This document shows, piece after piece, positions 1 through 9,901 of a DNA stretch of 36,619 nt. The position numbers were made by a program, and so were the translations under genes. The notes below the pieces were generated by a model that made no database searches, was not told the origin of the DNA, and was given only the letters and a program-made list of their open reading frames with translations. How positions within the stretch are numbered: the stretch's first letter is position 1; each line of letters starts with the position of its first letter. Origin of the DNA: a virus; the IMG/VR virus record IMGVR_UViG_3300044769_000068, positions 1 through 36,619 of that record. The stretch is one strand, 5' to 3'.

Positions 1-25
1 GTTTTTCTTCTAATGCACTAATTGG

Positions 26-54
26 TGTACAATCCTCAGACTGTATGATATAGT
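26..54 (+). promoter_or_regulatory. Phage early-type promoter (TGTACA-N17-TATAGT, extended -10 TG)
   Basis: TGTACA 26-31, TGaTATAGT 46-54; the same motif recurs about 16 times upstream of genes. Confidence 0.8.
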
Positions 55-83
55 AGTCTTATCAAATCAAGGAGGTACACAGA

Positions 84-1055
84 ATGGCAGCTAACATCGA
101 AACAATGGCCTACTTCGGCTCCAAGCCTTGGCACGGCCTGGGTGTGGAGGTGCTTCAGCTGATGACTGCTGAGGAATGCCTCCAGAAGGCTGGCCTGGAC
201 TGGACAGTGGAGAAGAGGGAACTGATGACCGTTGACGGCATCCCGGTTCCTGGCCACTACGCCACGGTGCGCACCTCGGACAACTACCCTCTGGGGGTGG
301 TTGGAAAGATCTATTCTCCGGTGCAGAATGTGGAGGCACTGGACTTCATGGACGCTCTCACCAAGTCCGGTGAGGCCAAGTATGAGACTGCTGGCTCCCT
401 CCAGCATGGGAAGCTGGTCTGGATCATGGCCAAGATTCCCAACGGTGGTGGTGTGGATCCGGTGGAGCCCTTTCTGCTCCTCGCCACGTCCCATGACGGC
501 ACCTCTCCGGTGATGGCCACGGCCACAGATGTCCGGGTGGTGTGCAATAACACCCTGAATGCGGCTCTCAAGGGTGCCAAGAACAAGTTCCGGATCCGGC
601 ACACGACCAACTGGGCTGACAAGATTGCTGAGGCTCGGAAGACCCTTTCCGGCTCCCTCCAGTACTTCGAGAAGGCTCACGCCCTGTACGACAAGATGAA
701 GGGCGAGAAGTTCACGGATGAAAATCTTGAGAAGCTGATTCTCAAGGTCTTCAAGGGCACGGATGATGTGGAGGATCTCTCCGCTCGCCAGGTCAAGTCT
801 TATGATGAACTGGTTGCAGACATCTTCCAGCTCTCCCGCACTGGGAAGGGTGTGGATCTCCCCGGTGTCCGTGGCACGGCCTGGGGCGCCTACAACGCCA
901 TCACGGAATTCCTCGACCACAAGTCGGAAGTCAAGGGCCGGAAGGCCTCCTCGGAGGAGGAAGCTATCATGTCCTCAGTCTGGTTCGGCACTATCGCCGA
1001 AAAGAACCAGACGGCAATGGATGAAATCCTGGCCATTACCAAACTGGCCGCCTAA
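84..1055 (+). CDS. DUF932 / TIGR03299-like phage protein
   Basis: SD AGGAGG; motifs PWHGLG, AGLDWTV, YETAGSL, SHDG, VRVVCNNTL, RHT, GTAWGAYNAITE typical of the family. Confidence 0.85.
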   Translation: MAANIETMAYFGSKPWHGLGVEVLQLMTAEECLQKAGLDWTVEKRELMTVDGIPVPGHYATVRTSDNYPLGVVGKIYSPVQNVEALDFMDALTKSGEAKYETAGSLQHGKLVWIMAKIPNGGGVDPVEPFLLLATSHDGTSPVMATATDVRVVCNNTLNAALKGAKNKFRIRHTTNWADKIAEARKTLSGSLQYFEKAHALYDKMKGEKFTDENLEKLILKVFKGTDDVEDLSARQVKSYDELVADIFQLSRTGKGVDLPGVRGTAWGAYNAITEFLDHKSEVKGRKASSEEEAIMSSVWFGTIAEKNQTAMDEILAITKLAA

Positions 1056-1074
1056 CAAGGTGCCTCCAGCAGGG

Positions 1075-1102
1075 GAGGGAGGGCTTCGGCCCTCCCTCTT
1101 TT
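1075..1102 (+). terminator. Rho-independent terminator
   Basis: GAGGGAGGGC-TTCG-GCCCTCCCTC followed by TTTT. Confidence 0.9.
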
Positions 1103-1105
1103 GTA

Positions 1106-1134
1106 TGTACAATCCTTGCCCTGTGTGATACAAT
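1106..1134 (+). promoter_or_regulatory. Phage promoter
   Basis: TGTACA-N17-TACAAT. Confidence 0.75.
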
Positions 1135-1159
1135 AGTCTTATTAAATGGGAGGTTCTAC

Positions 1160-1522
1160 ATGAAAATCTGGCTGGACGACATACGCCCTGAGCCCTTCCC
1201 TCTCAGGGACCATAGAGAAAGCTATCCCTTCGATCGCTATGCTCCCTATGATGTAGTCTGTGTCAATGCGGAGCAGGCGATAGCACTCATTAACCTGGGC
1301 CAAGTGACATTCATCAGCTTTGATCATGACCTGGGTCAGGGCAAAACAGGCTATGATGTGGCCAAGCACATAGAAGAGGGTGCAGTAACAGGAACTATTA
1401 CTACTCCCATCTACTACAAGTGCCACTCGGCTAACCCAGTGGGAAAAGAGAATATCTGCGCTGCAATGGACAATGCGTGGAGGCACTGGGCTGAAAAAAG
1501 CGTTGTACAATTCATGAACTAG
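1160..1522 (+). CDS. Cyclic-phosphate processing receiver-domain protein
   Basis: IWLDDIR...ISFDHDLG...TGYDVA...HSANPVG signature. Confidence 0.75.
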   Translation: MKIWLDDIRPEPFPLRDHRESYPFDRYAPYDVVCVNAEQAIALINLGQVTFISFDHDLGQGKTGYDVAKHIEEGAVTGTITTPIYYKCHSANPVGKENICAAMDNAWRHWAEKSVVQFMN

Positions 1523-1532
1523 GTGATATAAT
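1504..1532 (+). promoter_or_regulatory. Phage promoter
   Basis: TGTACA-N17-TATAAT. Confidence 0.8.
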
Positions 1533-1556
1533 AGTCTTATCAAATGGAGGTGCTAC

Positions 1557-1694
1557 ATGCCCACTCTTGAAGAGATGCACATTGATGAGATGATGGCACG
1601 CTCCCTCGACATCGAGTATACTGAGGCTGAACTAGCCGAGATGGAAGCGGAATACGCTCGCAACATCGGCTACGACTCCGACTTCGGCGAATAA
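1557..1694 (+). CDS. Small acidic protein (45 aa; not in ORF track)
   Basis: SD GGAGG after promoter; MPTLEEMHIDEMMARSLDIEYTEAELAEMEAEYARNIGYDSDFGE. Confidence 0.75.
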   Translation: MPTLEEMHIDEMMARSLDIEYTEAELAEMEAEYARNIGYDSDFGE

Positions 1695-1695
1695 T

Positions 1696-1815
1696 ATGTG
1701 GAGTGATCCAATACTCTTCTGGTCCTGTGTGGTGTGGTGGGGAGTGCTTCTCTTCCTAGCTGTCCAGCAGGTCCGTAGACGCAGGCGGGAGAAGCGGCAG
1801 GCCGAAACGGAATAA
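1696..1815 (+). CDS. Small single-pass membrane peptide (39 aa)
   Basis: MWSDPILFWSCVVWWGVLLFLAVQQVRRRRREKRQAETE, starts 1 nt after the upstream stop. Confidence 0.6.
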   Translation: MWSDPILFWSCVVWWGVLLFLAVQQVRRRRREKRQAETE

Positions 1816-1936
1816 TCGGGCCCAGCCTTGCCGCCTCTCGAACACCAGATACTCGGCGCTCCCCTCGGGCTACCGCGCTCGGTCGCAATGCTGGTGTAAC
1901 GGCTACCTGAAAACGTAAGGGTAGCCATAATATTTG

Positions 1937-1965
1937 TGTACAATCCCTGTTTGGTGTGATATAGT
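1937..1965 (+). promoter_or_regulatory. Phage promoter
   Basis: TGTACA-N17-TATAGT. Confidence 0.8.
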
Positions 1966-1991
1966 AGTCTCATCAAATGCGGAGGTGCCAC

Positions 1992-2129
1992 ATGGAAGAC
2001 TATGAGCCGGACATTGATGAGTGCTACGAGATAGAGTCCGCCCTTGGCTCTGCCGGTATGGGTACGGATGAGTACTACCGGCCCGACATGGACATCGACT
2101 CCCTTCTCCCTAATGAGGAGGTTGAGTGA
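1992..2129 (+). CDS. Small acidic protein (45 aa)
   Basis: SD GGAGG; MEDYEPDIDECYEIESALGSAGMGTDEYYRPDMDIDSLLPNEEVE. Confidence 0.75.
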   Translation: MEDYEPDIDECYEIESALGSAGMGTDEYYRPDMDIDSLLPNEEVE

Positions 2130-2233
2130 TGTGGGGTGATACGGCTGCCCTGGTAGTGATAGTCGCACTGTGGGCGCTCTTCTTCGCAGGGTGCTACACG
2201 GTGCATAGAGCTAAAAAGAGCGGTAAATATTGA
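2129..2233 (+). CDS. Small single-pass membrane peptide (34 aa)
   Basis: TGATG overlap, SD GAGGAGG; MWGDTAALVVIVALWALFFAGCYTVHRAKKSGKY. Confidence 0.65.
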   Translation: MWGDTAALVVIVALWALFFAGCYTVHRAKKSGKY

Positions 2234-2262
2234 TGTACAATCACCGGACTATTTGATATAAT
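2234..2262 (+). promoter_or_regulatory. Phage promoter
   Basis: TGTACA-N17-TATAAT. Confidence 0.8.
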
Positions 2263-2288
2263 GTATCTATCAAATGGAGGTGCTACCC

Positions 2289-2423
2289 ATGAAGAAGTTC
2301 TTCGGCTATGTGCTCAGCTTCAATGACAACCGGTGGTACTGCTTTGAGTGCAAGCGCTTCCAGCCTCGCCAGGTGAAGTTCTGTGTCTACTGCGGCTCCC
2401 AGGAGGTTGACAATGTCGCTTAA
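2289..2423 (+). CDS. Small Zn-ribbon protein (44 aa)
   Basis: SD GGAGG; CFEC...CVYC. Confidence 0.7.
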   Translation: MKKFFGYVLSFNDNRWYCFECKRFQPRQVKFCVYCGSQEVDNVA

Positions 2424-2625
2424 GCTGGAGGACAGGGTGTTCGCCCTCAACAAGTCCCAGGTCTCCAAGCTGGTGAGGACTGGCAAGCTTCCCCTCAGCT
2501 TCCTTGGCGGCAAGTCTATTGTCCGCATCGTCCTCCCTGAGGATCTCTCGGAGAACGTGGTGGTTGTGGATGATGCCGGCGGTCACCTCGGCTACATCTC
2601 TGTCAAGGAGGCGTGGGCGCTGTGA
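2413..2625 (+). CDS. Hypothetical protein
   Basis: SD AGGAGG before ATG 2413. Confidence 0.65.
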   Translation: MSLKLEDRVFALNKSQVSKLVRTGKLPLSFLGGKSIVRIVLPEDLSENVVVVDDAGGHLGYISVKEAWAL

Positions 2626-2786
2626 AAAAGAAGCTTGATGATCCTGTCATCCTTGTCTATGAGCGCTGGGATAGAGAGGTGGGCTGGACTACTCACGAAA
2701 GATGTTGCTCTCGCATTCTTGCCGAAACTAGGCTTAAAAACTCTACTATGACCCGTCACTATCTAGAAATAAGGGAGATGGACTGA
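2622..2786 (+). CDS. Hypothetical protein
   Basis: GTGA overlap with the upstream stop, SD AGGAGG. Confidence 0.5.
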   Translation: MKKKLDDPVILVYERWDREVGWTTHERCCSRILAETRLKNSTMTRHYLEIREMD

Positions 2787-2794
2787 AATAGAGG

Positions 2795-2823
2795 TGTACA
2801 ATCCACTCTTCAGTTGATATAAT
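2795..2823 (+). promoter_or_regulatory. Phage promoter
   Basis: TGTACA-N17-TATAAT. Confidence 0.8.
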
Positions 2824-2852
2824 AGACTCATCAAATGGAGGTGCTACTCTAC

Positions 2853-3041
2853 ATGGGCTATGTGGTCAAGGTAGAAGCCAAGAATGGTGAGGTCCGGTTT
2901 GCTGACCGGAAGGGCTCTGGCTCCAAGAATGCTAATGATGCCCAGATCTTCTACAGCTACCTTCAGGCTACTGAGGTGAGAGACACTATCCAGAAGTGTG
3001 TGGGTGACAAGGCCCATGCTTACCTTGTAGTGCTGCCATAG
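2853..3041 (+). CDS. Hypothetical protein
   Basis: SD GGAGG; start revised to MGYVVK. Confidence 0.7.
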   Translation: MGYVVKVEAKNGEVRFADRKGSGSKNANDAQIFYSYLQATEVRDTIQKCVGDKAHAYLVVLP

Positions 3042-3380
3042 TACACAGCAAGCACTGAGTAAGTGGCTAGTTGTGCTGCTTACTCTCATCATGCTATGTT
3101 GATGTGCTATAAAGCAAGCGCTCAAGAAGTGGCTAGTCGTTCTCTTTGCTGGTGTCATGCCACCCGTCGTACACGGGTCGCAGGTAGGGCGGCGTCGCAG
3201 GTAGAACGGGATCCACTTGGGGACCCCCCTTACAGTATACGGCTGTCGCGCGTGACGATGGGGCCCCAAGGTGGGGAACAAAATCCCTAGCTAGAGCTGC
3301 TCTAGAGCTGCAGATAGTGCTCCCTAGTGTTTCCAAATAGCCTTCTATCTCTCGTGGGAGTAAAACAAAGGAGACTCTAA

Positions 3381-3476
3381 ATGAAAGAAGTCTTTGACAT
3401 TCTGGCTTCCCATCCCATTACCTCTATACTCCTGGGACTTCTTATTCTCGCCATCATCTCTGAACTGAGAGGATAA
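3381..3476 (+). CDS. Small hydrophobic peptide (31 aa)
   Basis: SD AGGAG; MKEVFDILASHPITSILLGLLILAIISELRG. Confidence 0.55.
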   Translation: MKEVFDILASHPITSILLGLLILAIISELRG

Positions 3477-3487
3477 AGACTGCTCTA

Positions 3488-3952
3488 ATGAAGACCTACG
3501 ACTTTAAAGTGGGAGATAAATGCTGGTATCTTAATGGCGGTCTCATCTATACAGGAAAGATCTCCGGTATTGATGAACACTTCTACACGATCGCGCCCAC
3601 CTTTAACGGCGCTGGGCTGCCTGACCCGTGGGAAGTTCACGAGAGGGTGTTCCCGAGACCCTCAGCTGCTAAAGAGGTTCTCGCTCAGACTCGTGACTAC
3701 ATCATATCGATCAAATATGATATGGAATACCTCGAGACTAGCATTGAATTAGCTAGGGAGGTTGATACCATATCGACAGGCTTTGTAGACGTGCTGAACG
3801 AAGGCTCTGGGGAGGGAGAGGCACGCTGCGGTAAGTGCCGGACCAAGTTTGAATGGTCAGTCTTCACCTCTGAGGGAGTGACGTGGGATGAAGAGTCTGG
3901 CAACCACAAGCTTGAATGCCCTGAATGCGCAAAGACCGCGCCTATTGAATGA
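3488..3952 (+). CDS. Hypothetical protein with C-terminal Zn ribbon
   Basis: CGKC...CPEC. Confidence 0.7.
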   Translation: MKTYDFKVGDKCWYLNGGLIYTGKISGIDEHFYTIAPTFNGAGLPDPWEVHERVFPRPSAAKEVLAQTRDYIISIKYDMEYLETSIELAREVDTISTGFVDVLNEGSGEGEARCGKCRTKFEWSVFTSEGVTWDEESGNHKLECPECAKTAPIE

Positions 3953-6876
3953 AATATGTATCTGAAAGGTCAGTGCGGAGATTCATAAAGTTCAAGGGCT
4001 GTTGCTGCTCAAGCTGCCATAATGACGACGATGATGGGCTTGTACAGATGATGGAGTTCTACTTCACCAAGGAACGCTACACTGTTGCTTGCTGCGCTGT
4101 GCTCAATGCACTAGATGAATATCTCAAGGAGAAGAAGTAATGACTAAAAAGCTTCTCTGTGAAGGCGCTTGCTCCAATTATGTGAATGGCTGCCATGGCA
4201 TTGTGAAAAGAGTCCGTGTCAAGGATAAAATGCTATCGCCTTCTCACGACTGGGGGCTCTTCAACTACTGCGATGAAGCGATTGATGAAGATATACGTCG
4301 AGGACTTACTGTGACTATATACAGGGAGAAAAAGTGATGGCTAAGAAAAGGATCATTACTGTGAAGTTAGAGAAGATCAACATCTCCTACATGTGTGGAG
4401 AGATCCCTACTTCTATCGACATCTCTACTGATGACATCCACTCCTCAGAGTCAGAATGCGAGCTCTGTGGCTCTCATGGATCGATGTCTATCTGGATCAA
4501 CAAGTGTCCTCAATGTGGAAAGTATCACGACATCGAAGTAAAGGAGTGGTGACATGGAAAAGACGTGTCCTAACTGCGGAAGAGATCTTAGATGCGTCTT
4601 CACAGGCGCTAGCGTTCTCTTGGGGAGAGAAGACGCAACCCATCAATGCGACATCTTCGGATGCTTTGAGTGTGATCAATACTTCATCTACGGGATGAAC
4701 AAGAACTTAACAGACGTCCCTCCCGACGCTGTAGTTCCCGGCTACACTATCAAGCCCTATCCTGAGAATGCGTACCGAGGCGACTATGCTTCTATTGATA
4801 GCGGCACTGTTGTTCTTCTACCTTCTGCAATCAAGTATATTTCTGAGAAATGCGGTCATGTAGAAGAGATGAAGAGGTACGTTGAAAAGTCTTCTTGGTC
4901 TGTAGATATAAAAGAAGTGAAGAGAGAAGTGAAGAAAGAAGTAAGCAAAGCTTTTGACTACGAGGGCGGAACAAGGGAGTTCTAAATGAAGAAAGTTACT
5001 GTGACTCTGAAGTTAGATTCTGAATTCATCAAGTTTCTCAACTTCTCAGTTCAGCTAGGAGGGCTAAGGCAGAAGCGAGAAATGACTGCCATCGACCAGC
5101 TTGCACTAGTTGTCCTTGGAGAAGCAAGGGGAGCGCTAGTTGAGCAAATTGAAGAAGTTATTTGCCCAACATGGAGACCGCACATTGAAGTGCTCCACGA
5201 TAAGCGCGTAGTGGAGGAAGTATCATGACTCCCTGGAAAGAAATGGAAGATACACAACGAAATCACATCGTAGCGCTTGCAATCACAATTCTAATAGCTC
5301 TTGCTGTAGCAGCTGGAGCGCTTGGCCCTGCATGGTTGACGCATGCTCTTCTATTCCTCTTTGTTTTATTTATGGGAGCAGTCATGTTCACTGCAGTATT
5401 TACAATCGTAAGATTTATCTTAGCAGCTATAACAGGAGAGCTGGGATGAAAGAGGAATGCCCTGATCACGGATATCTTGAAGGCGCAAAGGTTTACTGCG
5501 CTAAGTGCATAGCGACTCGCGGAGAGTCTCGCATAGAAAAAGACTTACGTAAGATTCTAGAGATGCTTGGAGACATTGAGAAGCGAAACAAGAACCCTCA
5601 GTATAGGGAGCTCATTAGGAAGCTTAAGAAGCAGTACGAAAAGTCGCCTAAGTGCCCTTGCTGTGGAAACCCCACGCATGAAAGAGATGGACATCACTGT
5701 CCTGTAAAGGGAGAATGGATATGAGCTATAAGATATGCAAGTACGTCTTCGGTCTTGACAATATGATTCAGATAGCTATGCCTGGTGGATCTAAGATACT
5801 CAAGATAGGGAGAAACCCTGGGCACCCTAAAGGCACTTATTGCATGTGGGCTCTAGTTCTTACTGAAAATCCCATTGTTGAAAGACGCTTTAGAATCTAT
5901 GGTACAGGACACGAGATAGAAGGTCTTACGGGTCTCAACTACATAAGCACCGTCATAGATTATTTCTACGTCTGGCATTTCTTTGAGGTGATATGATGTT
6001 AAAGCCCGGTTGTTACGAATGCAAGTACCGAGGAGAAGTCCCAGGAGATGCTCATAGCTGCTGCAGGCACCCTCAGTCCGGACTTGAAGGCAATCCATTA
6101 GTGGCAATGTTTGCCCTGATGGCATCTGCGCGCAAGCAGCCGATTCCCTTCATTGAACACGCAGCTAAGCTTGGAATAAAAGCTAACGCCAACGGTATTC
6201 AGAGAGGATGGTTCAATTGGCCTTTCAACTTCGATCCTGTGTGGCTTGAAGCCTGCGAAGGATTTACACAGAAGGGAGAGACTAAATGACAGGGATAATG
6301 TTTGGTGCAATGGCCGATCCGTTAAGGAAGCAGCTTGAAATGACGGGAATAGACGCCGGAACTATCAATCATTTACAGCGTGATGTCGACGCAGTAGTGC
6401 GGTTACATGTCAGGGGACTGCTTACTGATTCCGAAGCGAATAAAGCAAGACAACGAGTTGCGAAGAAAATCTTCATTGCAATACGAAGCAAGAAATGAAC
6501 CCAAAGGTATTTCCCACTATTATGATTGCCCTAAGCGCAGCTTCTTCTATCTTTTATGCTTTCGACGGTAATTGGAGAATGACGCTATACTGGCTATCCG
6601 CATCTGTGTTGACTACAGTTGTGACTTACTGAAATGAAGAATTGCAAAGAAGTGCCGCCAGGCAATGCAGTTTGTGATATGTGCAACTCTGGTCGACCTG
6701 ACCTTTGTCGCTACGCGAACACTCAGGGAGCTATGAAAGAGATTGACAATCTCCGTGCAGCGATAGAGTGGGTTTGCAGCGGCAAGATGAGAAAAAGCCA
6801 TCAATGGGATGGGAGCTTTGACTGGGGCGAAGCGTATAAAGATCTCCGCCGCATAGCTGAGGGGAGAGTGCTATGA
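3949..6876 (+). other. Run of overlapping/abutting small hypothetical CDSs, many Cys-rich (3949-4140, 4140-4337, 4334-4552, 4554-4985, 4986-5228, 5225-5449 membrane, 5446-5724, 5715-5996, 5993-6289, 6286-6498, 6634-6876)
   Basis: ATGA/TAATG overlaps, SD motifs, repeated CxxC pairs; no function recognised. Confidence 0.7.
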
Positions 6877-7027
6877 GCAAGTGTATCCGTTGCCGCATCA
6901 ATGAAGCTGTAGTTCCAGACAGAACCATTATGTCTCGGAGAAAAAAGATATGTTTGGAGTGCCATAGGAAAGACTTGAAGAATGATGTTATAATAATACT
7001 TAATTCGTTGAACAAGAAGGAGCAGGC

Positions 7028-7351
7028 ATGAGAAATCGAAAGGGCTTAGCTCTGATTGAAGTTATGATTGCAATAGCTATTATCGGCATCGTTCTTGCTG
7101 TAGCTATTCCTAACTGCACAAAGAGTGGAAAGAGATACAGGCAGCAAGTGGTACAACAAATAGATACTCCGTCTCAATCTGAGTCATGTCGGGCTATCGA
7201 AGTTACTTTAGAGGACAACACTGTGCAATATTTTGAAACGTCTCATATACAAACAAGCTCTGAATGGGTAAACGTACTTAGAGCCGACGGATCAGCTATC
7301 ATGGCAACGTTTCCAAAGAACAGAGTGAAGATGATCAAGGAGATACGATGA
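7028..7351 (+). CDS. Type IV pilin-like protein (prepilin N-terminal cleavage/methylation motif)
   Basis: MRNRKG|LALIEVMIAIAIIGIVLAVAIP: basic leader, G-1, E+5, hydrophobic helix ending in AIP. Confidence 0.8.
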   Translation: MRNRKGLALIEVMIAIAIIGIVLAVAIPNCTKSGKRYRQQVVQQIDTPSQSESCRAIEVTLEDNTVQYFETSHIQTSSEWVNVLRADGSAIMATFPKNRVKMIKEIR

Positions 7352-7651
7352 CACGCATAGAAAAGCAAATGGTTGCAGGGATAGTGTTTCTATTGATCGC
7401 TATAGCATTATTCTCGTATAACGTCAGTAGAGTATTGACTCCTGCTCTCCAGCAAGTAGAAGAGAAGGGATTGAAGTCCGTCGTAATGCCCTTATGGGAG
7501 GGGAAAGGCAAATGACTTCACACGGCATAATGAATATCGTCTGTTTCGTAGTATACGTCTGCATTGGCGTGCTCATAGGAATTGGTTTGAATAATCCATA
7601 TTTGGGAGTAGCGACCTCTCTGTATCTAATCTTCATGAGACAAACGCAGTA

Positions 7652-8104
7652 ATGCATGACATTGCTTTTGGTACTGAGCTGGATCTCCGTGGCGCCGTAG
7701 GAGATGGAAGAGAACATGAGATCAATAAGCTCATGCCCCACTGCATTAGGAAGAGCTCTAGGCTATTCGATTTCTTTGATCCCCGGACAGGAGAGATGTT
7801 TGAAGTCAAGAAGATGAAGATCACCCCGAAACGGAAGGTGAAGATAGATCTCTCCAAGTTTGTAGATTTAACAGATGATGAGCGCGCTATAAACTTCATA
7901 GTCTATTACTTTGACAAAGACAGCGGCTCAGTCCTTGATGTTATAAAGACGACCTATGGCGAGATTGCAGACAAGTTTGTGCCGAAAGGTGTACAATCCG
8001 CCGTCAGAGTAGTATACTCTAAGTTAAAGATAAGACGTGATCAAAGCCGGAGAGGCTTGTATGGTCCAGACTTGGTAATAGATCTCATCAAACTAAGGGG
8101 TTAA
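7652..8104 (+). CDS. Hypothetical protein, possible PD-(D/E)xK nuclease fold
   Basis: FDFFD...FEVKK spacing; weak. Confidence 0.4.
   Translation: MHDIAFGTELDLRGAVGDGREHEINKLMPHCIRKSSRLFDFFDPRTGEMFEVKKMKITPKRKVKIDLSKFVDLTDDERAINFIVYYFDKDSGSVLDVIKTTYGEIADKFVPKGVQSAVRVVYSKLKIRRDQSRRGLYGPDLVIDLIKLRG
7990..8018 (+). promoter_or_regulatory. Phage promoter (intragenic)
   Basis: TGTACA-N17-TATACT. Confidence 0.55.
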
Positions 8105-8107
8105 TGC

Positions 8108-8419
8108 ATGAGCCTTAGAAATTGCTTCTTACAGTGGGTTTCAAAGATATTTGACGTGGCGATCATTACTAGTACACAGCACATTTTAAAGCCAGAGATC
8201 GCCGTCGGCAGGATCTATCTTTTGAAAACATCAGACAATCCGTTTAGCCCTCTCGTACAATCTAAAATACTCGATATAAAGAATGGCTATGTGCAGTACT
8301 GCTTTCTCCGCGAAGACGAGACAGAAATGTCACTAAAGTGGTCAGAGAGAGTCGATATGTTCAAAAGAGTTTACATTGAAAAGAGATACGAATTGAGAGG
8401 TGGAAAACATGTTCGGTAG
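8108..8419 (+). CDS. Hypothetical protein
   Basis: ORF in operon context. Confidence 0.55.
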   Translation: MSLRNCFLQWVSKIFDVAIITSTQHILKPEIAVGRIYLLKTSDNPFSPLVQSKILDIKNGYVQYCFLREDETEMSLKWSERVDMFKRVYIEKRYELRGGKHVR

Positions 8420-8708
8420 ATATAAAGAGCTTAAAGAGTTTCTTGTCGGCCACGGCAGATTGATTGCAAGGCTTGAAAGCGAACTCTATAAGAAGATAGC
8501 AAAAGAAAACGTTGTGGAGTGTGAGGGTTGCGGTTGTTTACTAGCCAAAGATGCGAAGTTCAAGCAACCATCTACAGTAGAGCGCATAGAACCCGCACGT
8601 CGAACTGTGGGCTATTCTGGGGTATATACGCCTCTAGACAACGCAACAGAGCGCATCGTGGAGCATTATAAGTGTTTCACTTGTCAGCCTAAGACAAAAA
8701 GTAAATAA
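8409..8708 (+). CDS. Hypothetical Zn-binding protein
   Basis: SD GAGG; CEGC...CFTC. Confidence 0.6.
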   Translation: MFGRYKELKEFLVGHGRLIARLESELYKKIAKENVVECEGCGCLLAKDAKFKQPSTVERIEPARRTVGYSGVYTPLDNATERIVEHYKCFTCQPKTKSK

Positions 8709-8715
8709 GGAGAAT

Positions 8716-9066
8716 ATGATGGGAAAAACTATCGGAATTGCTTTTGCTGTGCTGTTAGGTATCTTTGCTCTTGGATGGGCTATCCAAGGCAACGATTTCT
8801 TCATGTATAAGTTCTGGGCGCCTAAGTATGAGAACGTTCGGAGAGAAGTGTTTGAAAACACGAAGTCGTATAAGCAAGGGATGATTCAGGAGCTGCAGAA
8901 TATGCAGTTCGAATACGCCAAAGCTACGCCTTCTCAGCGGGATTCGATGGCGTCTATTATTCTTCATCGATCAGCTGATTTTCCTCTAGAAGATATGCCA
9001 GCTGATCTGAGATCATTCATTAGCAGTCTTCGCAGCGATCGTACAAAATCTACGTCGAAGTACTAA
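8716..9066 (+). CDS. Membrane-anchored hypothetical protein
   Basis: N-terminal TM helix, SD AAGGAG. Confidence 0.7.
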   Translation: MMGKTIGIAFAVLLGIFALGWAIQGNDFFMYKFWAPKYENVRREVFENTKSYKQGMIQELQNMQFEYAKATPSQRDSMASIILHRSADFPLEDMPADLRSFISSLRSDRTKSTSKY

Positions 9067-9078
9067 AGGAGAAATAAC

Positions 9079-9576
9079 ATGAAAAGAATTGCAATCGCAT
9101 TGTTTCTGGTCTTTGTCGTTGAATTGACGGGTTGCACGTATAAAGATTCGACCGACCGCATTCAGCAGAAGCAACAGGAGAAGCTCCTAGCGGAAGGATC
9201 TGCTCAGACAGGGATGCCCTCAATCAAGAACTTCAGGGAGCGCAAGCTCCTCAAGGATATTCTCGAGCTCAGAGATCAGGAAGGTCTCACAACTTATACA
9301 TACATCGTAGCTGAGATGACGGGCAAGCTTGTTTTCCTTGGCGAATCTGTAGGCTATGGTATTCCGTATGCTACGCAATATACTAACCCTCAAAAATTTG
9401 AGTGGACTCATTCGAATCTTGGTACTCTCCCGCAAGCCGACCCGAACGGGCTGTTCTCTCCCGCTTCCGCTGAAGGGACTTGGGTTCTTATGAAGGATCC
9501 TGCCAGCAATAGTGTTAAGGTTGTATATGTCGAGCCTCGAATTATTGTGTCGCCTTTCAAGTTGAGTGTAAACTAG
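9079..9576 (+). CDS. Putative lipoprotein
   Basis: Signal peptide with lipobox LTG-C; PQADPNGLFSP motif. Confidence 0.7.
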   Translation: MKRIAIALFLVFVVELTGCTYKDSTDRIQQKQQEKLLAEGSAQTGMPSIKNFRERKLLKDILELRDQEGLTTYTYIVAEMTGKLVFLGESVGYGIPYATQYTNPQKFEWTHSNLGTLPQADPNGLFSPASAEGTWVLMKDPASNSVKVVYVEPRIIVSPFKLSVN

Positions 9577-9582
9577 CTCGAT

Positions 9583-9801
9583 ATGAAATACAAAGACCTT
9601 CTTGATTTCTGTTCGTTGATGCTTGCAACGGAGGCAGACGAAACAGTCTTTGCAGATAAGCATGTCTTATCTGGCGGATATATCGAGAAAGTGTGGGAAA
9701 GAATTCTCATAGCGATCCGTAAGAATGAAGACTTTGATTTTAGAGCGTACTTAGAGCAGCTAGTAGCTGAAAAGCACATCCCTAAAAAGCTATTGCATTG
9801 A
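9583..9801 (+). CDS. Hypothetical protein
   Basis: ORF in operon context. Confidence 0.55.
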   Translation: MKYKDLLDFCSLMLATEADETVFADKHVLSGGYIEKVWERILIAIRKNEDFDFRAYLEQLVAEKHIPKKLLH

Positions 9802-9845
9802 TCGCGCGTGATCTGGAATCAATCTTTGGGCGCGATGCTAGATGA

Positions 9846-9874
9846 TGTACAATACGTTCCTCTTAATATATAAT
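9846..9874 (+). promoter_or_regulatory. Phage promoter
   Basis: TGTACA-N17-TATAAT. Confidence 0.75.
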
Positions 9875-9901
9875 AGTATTAGATAAAAGCGGAGGGACAT
9901 T

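Noticed and set aside
36-920. 294-aa minus-strand ORF and similar antisense or alternate-frame ORFs throughout
   Set aside because: Shadow of the + strand gene's codon bias; no SD, promoter or recognisable motifs.
26-2850. Repeated ~45-nt units as a CRISPR array
   Set aside because: The repeats are degenerate promoter/SD sequences separated by 290-1080 nt of coding DNA.
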